Below, in pieces: positions 28,822 to 36,921 of a stretch of DNA of 64,000 nt. The first letter of the stretch is position 1, and each line of letters opens with the position of its first letter. The position numbers and the translations under genes are program-made. A model generated the notes under the pieces. That model did no database searches, was not told the origin of the DNA, and was given only the letters and a program-made list of their open reading frames with translations. The DNA lies in IMG/VR virus record IMGVR_UViG_3300025646_000012, positions 56,964 to 120,963 of that record. One strand, 5' to 3'. The stretch comes from a virus.

Positions 28822-29578
28822 AATAAAACAAATAGAGATTAATCCGACAGAATTATGCAATCTTCAATGTGTATTTTGTCCTAGATCACTATCATATCCT
28901 AATTTAAATGAACATATGTCCCTTGATGTTGCAAAAGAAATCAGGGATCAAATGGTATCAGCTAAATTTTCTGGAGTATTATCAATAACTGGTAGAGGTG
29001 AACCTACATTACACCCACAGTTTGAAGAATATGTTTCCATATTTGTAGGTTACAATTGGAAATTAAAAATGCATACTAATGGTAAAAGATTTAAGCAATA
29101 TGAATCTTTTATTTTAAAGCATTTTCATGATATTCATTATAATTGCTATGATTGTAATCCACAGGATATTTATGATAAGTATGGATATTATAAAAATATA
29201 AAGATTATAGCTAAAGATTTAAATGAATGGTTTCCGAATGCTACAAATAGAGCAGGATCATTTCCTACCAATAAATATCCAGAAGATGAACGATGTGATG
29301 TAATATTCCATAAAATGTTTATTGACATTGATGGAACATATAGATTATGTTGTGAAGATTGGAAAGAAAAAATATCTCTTGGTAATATCTACGAACAAAG
29401 TATAGTAGATTATATTGAAGATAATGAACAATTACACAAATATCGTAAAAGATTAGTCAATGGTAACAGAGATTTATTACCTTGTATTTCTTGTAACTAT
29501 AATATAAGTTGTGACAAATATAATAGAAAACAAGATTTACAAAAATATTCAAAATTAGTAGAAATAAGGGACCTATAA
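28805..29578 (+). CDS. Radical SAM/SPASM-like protein; paralog of 5330-6154
   Basis: TELCNLQCVFCPR, GRGEPTLHP, NRAGS, LCC, CISC. Confidence 0.85.
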   Translation: MLFFHEIKQIEINPTELCNLQCVFCPRSLSYPNLNEHMSLDVAKEIRDQMVSAKFSGVLSITGRGEPTLHPQFEEYVSIFVGYNWKLKMHTNGKRFKQYESFILKHFHDIHYNCYDCNPQDIYDKYGYYKNIKIIAKDLNEWFPNATNRAGSFPTNKYPEDERCDVIFHKMFIDIDGTYRLCCEDWKEKISLGNIYEQSIVDYIEDNEQLHKYRKRLVNGNRDLLPCISCNYNISCDKYNRKQDLQKYSKLVEIRDL

Positions 29579-29594
29579 CGGTCCCTTATTTTTT
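29562..29594. terminator. Bidirectional terminator between convergent genes
   Basis: aaataagggacc-tataac-ggtcccttattt-ttt. Confidence 0.8.
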
Positions 29595-29599
29595 AAATA

Positions 29600-29935
29600 T
29601 TATTCAGATGAATTTCTCTTATTAAGAGCATCAGCACCAAAGAATGCAGAAACTAGAACTGCAATTGATGCAAAATAAGTTGGAGCAATATCAGCAATAA
29701 GTTGTGCTGCAGTATCCAAACCTAATAAAGATGTAACAGCAATACCAATTGGATAAATCAATAAACCTATTAAAGCAAACCATGCCATCTTACGAATGGC
29801 ATCTCTTTGAGCGTCTTTATCTTCTAAAGCTTTTCTTTTAAACTCTAAATGCATCGCCATCTCTTCTTTTGAGATGTGACCGTCACCATTTAGGTCGATA
29901 CCTTCGACCGCTTCTTCATCTATAGTTTTTACCAT
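29600..29935 (-). CDS. EF-hand-containing two-TM membrane protein
   Basis: Canonical EF loop DLNGDGHISKEE; two hydrophobic helices; AGGAGA RBS. Confidence 0.75.
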   Translation of the reverse strand: MVKTIDEEAVEGIDLNGDGHISKEEMAMHLEFKRKALEDKDAQRDAIRKMAWFALIGLLIYPIGIAVTSLLGLDTAAQLIADIAPTYFASIAVLVSAFFGADALNKRNSSE

Positions 29936-29999
29936 AATTCTCTCCTATACTGAACTTAACAAAGTCATTATATAGGAATCACTTAACTCAGAGTATATA

Positions 30000-30007
30000 T
30001 ATAAATA
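30000..30007 (+). promoter_or_regulatory. T4-type late promoter for the exported-protein cassette
   Basis: Intergenic TATAAATA about 65 nt upstream of ATG 30072. Confidence 0.7.
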
Positions 30008-30071
30008 GTAAAACGACTCGAATATTCTTTATATTATGCAATTAAAATTCTATAGTATAAAGGTATATTAT

Positions 30072-30647
30072 ATGCTAAGATCTATTATTATTCTTATAGC
30101 ATTATTTGTTTCCACAGCAGTATACGCACAAAACACTCCAGAATGCCCTGCAGGGTTTATATGTACTGAATCAAATACTAATAGTAATGTTAATACTACT
30201 GGTAATATGGAAACAACAGTGAATTCTCCCCCACCATCTGCAATTGCTCCTAATATTAATACATCAAACTCTGATATTTGTACCGTTGGTGTTTCTGGTG
30301 CCGTACAAACACAAATTTTAGGTTTGGCAGCAGGAGCTACAGTTCGTGATATGAACTGTGAAAGATTAAAATTAGCAAAGACTATGTTTGACATGGGTAT
30401 GAAAGTTGCTGCCGTTTCTGTTATGTGTCAGGATGAAAGAATCTTCCAGGCTATGATTGATGCTGGAACACCTTGTCCATATGAAGGTTTAATTGGTTCA
30501 CAAGCAAGAGATGCATGGGAAGCAGATCCAGATAGAATACCTGGCTCTGAAAGTAATCAAAGATTGGATTTAGAACTTGACGATACTCAAAAGAAGTGGC
30601 TTGGTGGTGGCGCTGTTGGCAGCCTCCTCCTCTTATTGCTACTCTGA
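30072..30647 (+). CDS. Exported Cys-rich protein with C-terminal hydrophobic anchor
   Basis: Signal peptide ending AVYA; six Cys; ends GGGAVGSLLLLLL. Confidence 0.7.
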   Translation: MLRSIIILIALFVSTAVYAQNTPECPAGFICTESNTNSNVNTTGNMETTVNSPPPSAIAPNINTSNSDICTVGVSGAVQTQILGLAAGATVRDMNCERLKLAKTMFDMGMKVAAVSVMCQDERIFQAMIDAGTPCPYEGLIGSQARDAWEADPDRIPGSESNQRLDLELDDTQKKWLGGGAVGSLLLLLLL

Positions 30648-31488
30648 AGTTATAAACGGATTAAGTAATAATGCTGCTCAAAATGGCTTGAGTTGGCAAA
30701 TGACTCCTTTATTACCACCGGAAACAGGATTAACGGTTGGTGGTGTATTTTATCGTTATACAATTGAAAAGGATCCCACCACAGATTCACAGGTCCATAT
30801 TCAAAATCAAGATGCAATAAATGGTGGGCTATTATATCGTAATACAGATGATTGGTCTGGTCTTCCTGGTAATACCATTATTAATAGATTTAACTTACCG
30901 GATATACCATTAGAATATTTTGGTACCGGATCTATTGAAGTTGAAGGCGATGGAGTTATAAAGGATCCAGTAATAATTTATTCATATACTTATGATACGT
31001 GCGATAATCCTATATCAGATCCATCTTGCCCTGGTTATTCTTTAGCAATGTATCAATATTTACTTGATAACGGTTTATTGAACGAAGCATCAATATGGAA
31101 TCCTCTTGATGATGAATTTGTACAAGCAGCCCTAAATAGAAATGTTGATCGAGATGATGAAGAAAGTGATGATACAGAAAAAAAGGACGAAGATGAAGAT
31201 GAAGAAATTGATTTACAAGAGGCATTAGCTGCTGCTGATAATGCAATTGCAATTGGAGAAGGTGCTGTGGATTTGGCATCATTAGCAGCAACTGCAAATA
31301 TGAATCAATTTAATGCATATTTACAAATGATCATTCCTGGTGGAGTATATAATGATAGATTACAATTTGAACCTAAGGAAATACCAGAGAATAGACAGGC
31401 ATTGAGAGTAGGACTTGCTCAGCAATTATTACATGAACAAATGGTTGACTCTCAATATCAACTTGGTTATGCTAATACCAATGACTAA
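30577..31488 (+). CDS. Exported acidic hypothetical protein
   Basis: TTG start, signal-like N-terminus, CDNPISDPSCPGY, acidic linker. Confidence 0.65.
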   Translation: MTILKRSGLVVALLAASSSYCYSEVINGLSNNAAQNGLSWQMTPLLPPETGLTVGGVFYRYTIEKDPTTDSQVHIQNQDAINGGLLYRNTDDWSGLPGNTIINRFNLPDIPLEYFGTGSIEVEGDGVIKDPVIIYSYTYDTCDNPISDPSCPGYSLAMYQYLLDNGLLNEASIWNPLDDEFVQAALNRNVDRDDEESDDTEKKDEDEDEEIDLQEALAAADNAIAIGEGAVDLASLAATANMNQFNAYLQMIIPGGVYNDRLQFEPKEIPENRQALRVGLAQQLLHEQMVDSQYQLGYANTND

Positions 31489-31509
31489 TAACATTTTGGA
31501 GAAAAAGAA

Positions 31510-32010
31510 ATGTTTAAACCAATAACTTTTGCACTAGCACTTATTCTAACAAGTACTACTGCATACGCAACAACAACACCAATCGTAGGTACTGTGCAAT
31601 CTAAATGTACGATTGTCACTACCAGAACTGGTGTTTATGCACAACCAACCCCAGATGAATTAACTACGGCTGCTGCTGACGGAGGTAGAACTCCCATTAT
31701 ACGTGTCGATGTGTCACTTGCAAATTACTATACTGCAAAATTCTATACACCAACTGAGTTTTCATCGAGCCCAAGTTTAACCGATACGGTTACATGGACT
31801 GGTTCGGTATCAGTATCATCAGTATCAGCACCAGGAATGTCTGACTATGATACAAATAAAATTACATATAATAACGTATCTGAATATGATCTTCACACAG
31901 CAGGTTCAACTTGGTTTGAAATAGAATCATCAGCAACATATGGTGTTGATAAATCATTTCCTGGTGGTAACTATACTGCCGTTGTAACAGCAGAATGTAT
32001 TGCCAATTAA
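31510..32010 (+). CDS. Exported beta-rich protein, fimbrial-subunit-like
   Basis: Signal peptide (TAYA), GTVQSKC near the N-terminus, C-terminal PGGNYTAVVTAEC strand. Confidence 0.55.
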   Translation: MFKPITFALALILTSTTAYATTTPIVGTVQSKCTIVTTRTGVYAQPTPDELTTAAADGGRTPIIRVDVSLANYYTAKFYTPTEFSSSPSLTDTVTWTGSVSVSSVSAPGMSDYDTNKITYNNVSEYDLHTAGSTWFEIESSATYGVDKSFPGGNYTAVVTAECIAN

Positions 32011-32019
32011 GGAAAACTG

Positions 32020-32394
32020 ATGAAACATATTATTAGTGCTTTGATATTTGGGTTAGCTTGTGGGTCGGTATCGGCTCACGAGCTAACACCTACCTACCCA
32101 GAATTTCGTCCATCTTTTATGGATGGCATATCTGTAACATCTTTGGAATTATATAACGCCAGAGAAGAAATAGAATTTTATAGAATTAGTGTATATACAG
32201 AAAATTGGAATAGAATACCTTTTGCTACAAAAAATTCTACAATTAGGATTTTACATAATCAAAGACAAATATTTGATGTTTACATTAAAGATAGTGATTT
32301 AGATAAAGTCGAATATATTTGCACCGATTCACGTAATTTACAAAATGGTGATAGTACTACAATTACATCTAGAGTTTGTTCAAGAGTAAGATGA
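32020..32394 (+). CDS. Exported protein, pilus chaperone (PapD-N)-like
   Basis: Signal peptide (VSA-H), LELYNARE..FYRISV, YICT...SRVC. Confidence 0.5.
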   Translation: MKHIISALIFGLACGSVSAHELTPTYPEFRPSFMDGISVTSLELYNAREEIEFYRISVYTENWNRIPFATKNSTIRILHNQRQIFDVYIKDSDLDKVEYICTDSRNLQNGDSTTITSRVCSRVR

Positions 32395-32402
32395 GATGAG
32401 TT

Positions 32403-32813
32403 ATGAAATTATTATATGCAATACCATTTATATTTGTTGGTAGTATAGCGTTTGCACAAAGTAATACTTTAGGATTAGCATTACCAAGTGCTCCACAAAA
32501 CTATCAAAGTGATAGTGTTAGATCTGGTGATCTTGATTGCTCTAATGCAATTGGTGCGGCTACAAATTTGGAATTTGGTGTGACTGGATTAATTGATAAT
32601 GGACAATATGATTCATTTAATAATTATATAAACGGACCATCGGTAGGAAGTGTTGGTGTATATGCTAGAATTACCATACCTATTGGCGGACCAAAAGAAA
32701 GAGTAAATTGTAATGATCTTTATGAGCTGGAACTTCAGCGCAAGCGACTTGAAATAATGAGACTTGAAGCAGAACTACAACAACTAAGAGAATTGCAATT
32801 CACAACAGAATAG
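32403..32813 (+). CDS. Exported protein with C-terminal coiled coil
   Basis: Signal peptide (AFA), QSDSVRSGDLDCSNAIG, GVYARITIPIG, CNDLYELEL. Confidence 0.65.
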   Translation: MKLLYAIPFIFVGSIAFAQSNTLGLALPSAPQNYQSDSVRSGDLDCSNAIGAATNLEFGVTGLIDNGQYDSFNNYINGPSVGSVGVYARITIPIGGPKERVNCNDLYELELQRKRLEIMRLEAELQQLRELQFTTE

Positions 32814-32820
32814 GTAAAAA

Positions 32821-33282
32821 ATGCCATACGAGTATAATTGTACGATTAAAAGAATAGTTGACGGTGACACAGTTGACGTTGACATTGATTTAGGATTTAA
32901 TATTATTCTTTCAGGAGAAAGAGTTCGTATCATGGGTATTGATACCCCTGAATCAAGAACATCAGATCCAGTAGAAAAAATATTTGGTTTAGCAAGTAAG
33001 AAAAGATTACAAGAACTTCTAGGTGAAACCGCTATCCTTAAAACCGAAATAAGTCCAGACGGTGAGGATATGAAAGGCAAATTCGGTCGTATCCTTGGTG
33101 ACTTCTTAACACCAGATGGACAGAGAGTAACTGAGATACTTATCAATGAAGGTCATGCTGTTCGTTATCACGGACAGAATAAAGCTGATGTACAAATAGC
33201 ACATATGGCAAATCGGAATCTTCTTATGGAAAATGGCACTGTTGATAAAGCCGATGTGCAGAAAGCACAGGAAGAAAAATAA
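32821..33282 (+). CDS. Thermonuclease (SNase-like)
   Basis: IVDGDT, RVRIMGIDTPESRT, KFGRILG, EGHA. Confidence 0.88.
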   Translation: MPYEYNCTIKRIVDGDTVDVDIDLGFNIILSGERVRIMGIDTPESRTSDPVEKIFGLASKKRLQELLGETAILKTEISPDGEDMKGKFGRILGDFLTPDGQRVTEILINEGHAVRYHGQNKADVQIAHMANRNLLMENGTVDKADVQKAQEEK

Positions 33283-33900
33283 ATGTCTGAGAAGGATCTA
33301 GGTGAAGGTCTCGAGAAATTTGATGAAGAGATTGAAAACCTAAAGAATAAAGAGTTTCGACTATTCGGAATTAAAGTCACGGCTGTAACCATTGGTGCAG
33401 CCATGACTCTTATCAGCTCTGGTATTGGCGCTCTTTATGGTGCATTTGTTGTGTACCAGGACTATATGGATATGAAGGAACAAATCCAAAGCTATGTAGC
33501 TCCAGATCTTTCCGGATTTCAGGAACAACTTTCGGTACTAGATCAAAGGGTAAATGCAGCAGAGGATTCTGTTCTAGAAGCACGTGAATATACAAGAGAT
33601 ATTCGACTTGGTATTGCAGAGGATGTTACACAACTAGAGAATATTGTAAGTGCAACCGAAGATAGAATGAGAGAACTTGAAACCGATGTAAGGGATCAAC
33701 TCAGAACAAGTGAACAAGAGGTTCGTACTGAAATTAGATCTGCTGAGGAAAGATTTGATGCAATTCGTAATCGTATGATGTCCGACTTTGATCAGAAGCG
33801 TGATTCATTAGCTACAGACACAGATAGACAGATACGAGATCTAGAGACTCGTTTAGAACAAAGGATTCAACGAGCACTAGATAACCCACTTGCAAATTAA
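33283..33900 (+). CDS. Membrane-anchored coiled-coil protein
   Basis: Single TM helix near the N-terminus, long heptad region, ends ALDNPLAN. Confidence 0.7.
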   Translation: MSEKDLGEGLEKFDEEIENLKNKEFRLFGIKVTAVTIGAAMTLISSGIGALYGAFVVYQDYMDMKEQIQSYVAPDLSGFQEQLSVLDQRVNAAEDSVLEAREYTRDIRLGIAEDVTQLENIVSATEDRMRELETDVRDQLRTSEQEVRTEIRSAEERFDAIRNRMMSDFDQKRDSLATDTDRQIRDLETRLEQRIQRALDNPLAN

Positions 33901-33912
33901 TTAAATAAGGTG

Positions 33913-33941
33913 TTTACTTATAACAAGTAATGTGATAGAAT
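33913..33941 (+). promoter_or_regulatory. Sigma70-like promoter
   Basis: TTTACT-N17-TAGAAT with extended TG. Confidence 0.6.
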
Positions 33942-33971
33942 ATAATCATAAAAATACTATGAGGCAGTGAA

Positions 33972-34451
33972 ATGAATATCCTATCAAATACAATTACAGG
34001 ACTTGTAATGGTAGGTGCTGTAGTTGTGACCCTGGATTGGGCCAAGGCTTCAGTAGAGGTCCAATCACGTGACATCGAGTGTTTGGCTCTAAATATCTAC
34101 CACGAAGCTCGAGGCGAACCTGTTATAGGTCAAATTGCAGTAGCTCAGGTTACAATGAATCGAGTTGAACACGAATATTTTCCTGATGATGTTTGCTCTG
34201 TTGTATGGCAAAATGCTCAATTTAGTTGGACTCGTGATGGACGATCGGATCGTATTCAAGATTATGATAGTTATACTGTAGCTTTAAGTGTTGCCGAAAC
34301 CGTATATAATGATGAAGAAGATGACCCCACCGAAGGATCTCTCTTTTATCATGCCACATATATTAAAGCCCCAGAATGGACTGAGTATATGGAAGTTTCA
34401 ACAGAGATTGGCATTCATATTTTCTATAACTGGGATGGTAGTTGGAATTAA
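33972..34451 (+). CDS. Cell wall hydrolase, SleB/Hydrolase_2 family
   Basis: CLALNIYHEARGE, AVAQVTMNRV, QFSW, DPTEGSLFYHA, IGIHIFY; N-terminal hydrophobic segment. Confidence 0.9.
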   Translation: MNILSNTITGLVMVGAVVVTLDWAKASVEVQSRDIECLALNIYHEARGEPVIGQIAVAQVTMNRVEHEYFPDDVCSVVWQNAQFSWTRDGRSDRIQDYDSYTVALSVAETVYNDEEDDPTEGSLFYHATYIKAPEWTEYMEVSTEIGIHIFYNWDGSWN

Positions 34452-35551
34452 TCAAATCCGTAATCAATTACGCCAACATTACCTCTTTCAGGAAAATAAT
34501 CTACCATTGATCCTTCTCTATATAGATCAAGAGTAAGGCAATGTAAACCACCATCATGGAAGAATCTATGTCTCCACGGGATATGGATTCCTTCCATTTT
34601 GTGTTTTTTAAGAAATGCATTTACCTCTTTATTATTTGGGTTATTGATACAAACGTGATTTTCATCCAATACCAAAACATTTACATCAAACACAGTTTCT
34701 TCTACATAACCGACCCAGTTATCCAACCAATTTTCCACAAATAATGTGAATTCAATATTATCTTCTTCTCCTGGAACCCACCATTTTCCTCTTACATGTT
34801 GTTTTATTTGTAAAAATCCATCAACTTTATCCCAACTTTGATTTGGTAAGTAACATACATCCCATTCAGGAAAAGTTTTATCATATGTTTGAATTTCTCT
34901 TAAACTTATAATTGCACCTGGTTTTATAGTATGAAAACATGCATCGCTATGACCACCATGATGTAAATAATTTAATCTTATGTCTTTTGTTTTACTTAAT
35001 AGTTTTTGTTTATGAAGTTCAATAATTTTTAAATCACCTTGATCTATATAAAGATCCTTTCCAACCACAGTATAACTTGGAGCGTCGATTACATTATTAT
35101 CAAAATCTCGAGGTTTAATATTTATTTTTATATTTTTTCTTAAATCTATAACATCTTTATTATTATAATTATGCAATAATTTTATCCAATAATTTTTAAA
35201 TTCATTATTAGTATATACAATTCTATTTCCTAGTACAAATTGTGCATCTCTAGGAAATAGAGGAGGACGTGGTACACCACCTGAGCTACCCTTTAGTCTT
35301 CCTTTATTGTCAACATAATTCATAATATTATCATTCGGATCCATTTTAGGTCTTAAGACTTTACACCCGAAATCTTTTAATACCTTTTCAAAATACTCTA
35401 AATCTTCAAGAGTTTCTTCACATATTCTAAGAAGAACATCTCTTACGTTATTGTCCTTAATTCCATTATAGAATTCAGGCTTATAAGTATCACCAAGGAC
35501 AACGACCTTTAATGGATCCCATTTGTTCCAAATATTATAACGATTTTCCAT
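34448..35551 (-). CDS. Amidinotransferase (glycine/inosamine amidinotransferase-like)
   Basis: WDPLKVVVLG, PRD, GHSD, DVNVL, GGLHCLTLD; alternative start 35563. Confidence 0.85.
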   Translation of the reverse strand: MENRYNIWNKWDPLKVVVLGDTYKPEFYNGIKDNNVRDVLLRICEETLEDLEYFEKVLKDFGCKVLRPKMDPNDNIMNYVDNKGRLKGSSGGVPRPPLFPRDAQFVLGNRIVYTNNEFKNYWIKLLHNYNNKDVIDLRKNIKINIKPRDFDNNVIDAPSYTVVGKDLYIDQGDLKIIELHKQKLLSKTKDIRLNYLHHGGHSDACFHTIKPGAIISLREIQTYDKTFPEWDVCYLPNQSWDKVDGFLQIKQHVRGKWWVPGEEDNIEFTLFVENWLDNWVGYVEETVFDVNVLVLDENHVCINNPNNKEVNAFLKKHKMEGIHIPWRHRFFHDGGLHCLTLDLYREGSMVDYFPERGNVGVIDYGFD

Positions 35552-35561
35552 TGGAGTTCCC

Positions 35562-36002
35562 ATGATTTATTCCAGAATTAATTTAGAAAAGACAAACTAT
35601 AAAGATAATTTAGATTGGAAAAAATTAAATTTATGGCCGCCTCATAGCGATTTAAATTTTAATACACTTAATTCTATCTATACCAAATATTGTCGATATA
35701 AGAATTTTAAAAGTGTCATGCCCATATTTGACAGTGAATATATTGATATGTCAAATGATGTAATAGGATATTATTATAATAGAAAATTAGTTGCATTTAG
35801 TATTATTCGTAAACACGATAAAGAAAATATTGAGGCAATTCAATTTGCTTGGGACTATGAAAATCCAAAATTAAACTTGGGAATTAAAACTCTTAAGAAT
35901 GAATGTGCAGTATATAAGAGTAAAGGTTATAAGTACTTATATCTCGGTGAAGCTGCAGAATATAAAAAAATTAATGGTTATGAGGAATTAGGACCGATAT
36001 AA
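35562..36002 (+). CDS. Arginyl-tRNA-protein transferase C-terminal-domain-like GNAT protein
   Basis: KLVAFS, FAWDY..PKLNLG, KGYKYLYLG, YK, as in ATE_C/Bpt. Confidence 0.65.
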   Translation: MIYSRINLEKTNYKDNLDWKKLNLWPPHSDLNFNTLNSIYTKYCRYKNFKSVMPIFDSEYIDMSNDVIGYYYNRKLVAFSIIRKHDKENIEAIQFAWDYENPKLNLGIKTLKNECAVYKSKGYKYLYLGEAAEYKKINGYEELGPI

Positions 36003-36331
36003 TGGATGTATATACAATTTACGCTGATCATACCGAAAATGTAAATGCTCATGAATTTGTAGCATTTATGAAAAAATTTATGGATAAAATGGTAGAGATG
36101 GGTCGAATGGAAACCTATCGTATTACTCGTATGAAACTTGGATTTCGTAGTATGGATCTACCAGAATTTCGTATTGATATGGAATTTAAAAATATGCAAC
36201 AATTAGATGATGCTATGACTAGTGTTATTAGAAATGAACAAAATATTGAAGGTGAACATGTTGGCTTTAACCATCTTGTGGATGTAGAAACAATCCAACA
36301 TTTTCTATATAGAGACTTTCCTGATGAATAA
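36002..36331 (+). CDS. Hypothetical protein, dimeric alpha-beta barrel-like
   Basis: YRITRMKLGFRS, PEFRIDMEF, LYRDFPD. Confidence 0.6.
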   Translation: MDVYTIYADHTENVNAHEFVAFMKKFMDKMVEMGRMETYRITRMKLGFRSMDLPEFRIDMEFKNMQQLDDAMTSVIRNEQNIEGEHVGFNHLVDVETIQHFLYRDFPDE

Positions 36332-36824
36332 GGTTGCAGAACTACAGCATGATGTAGAGAACTGGATACACGATTTCGTAAGTGTGTACAATGAGCAATT
36401 GGAAAATATTCCATGTCCGTTTGCAAAACAAGCTGTGGTTCGGCATCAAATTACATATGAAATAGCTGAAAGCGTATCCGATTTAGATAGACTGTGTATA
36501 AAATATAAAAATCCTGCCCTATGGGAAATCAAGGAAGTGCTTGTAATAGGACTGGTACCGCAGCTTATAAGTGCTATGACACTAGTAGATACGGTAGAAA
36601 GGTTAAATAAAGAGATTCTAATTCCAGCAGGACTCATAGCACTTGAGGATCACCCTGATAATAAAGAAGTCATTTCCGATGTTGAAATGAATCAGGGCAA
36701 ATGGGCTTTGATTCTTATCCAGTCAAAAGATAAATTAAAAAATGCAAGTAAAATACTTGAACGCCAAGGTTACTATAAAAATTGGACTCAAGAACAATTA
36801 GATGAAGTTGTTACGTGGAGATGA
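36324..36824 (+). CDS. Hypothetical protein, DUF1415-like
   Basis: PCPFAK and DHP motifs. Confidence 0.55.
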   Translation: MNKVAELQHDVENWIHDFVSVYNEQLENIPCPFAKQAVVRHQITYEIAESVSDLDRLCIKYKNPALWEIKEVLVIGLVPQLISAMTLVDTVERLNKEILIPAGLIALEDHPDNKEVISDVEMNQGKWALILIQSKDKLKNASKILERQGYYKNWTQEQLDEVVTWR

Positions 36825-36837
36825 AAATATAATCTAA

Positions 36838-36866
36838 TTATTACAAAACTGTTACCTGTTTGTTAC
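36838..36866 (+). promoter_or_regulatory. Pho box (three 11-bp-spaced half-sites) upstream of pstS
   Basis: TTATTAC-aaaa-CTGTTAC-ctgt-TTGTTAC followed by a TATAAT -10 element. Confidence 0.75.
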
Positions 36867-36921
36867 AACCTCTAGATATATAATTTGTTAGAATTTTTTA
36901 CTAACAATAAAAGAGGTTCCA

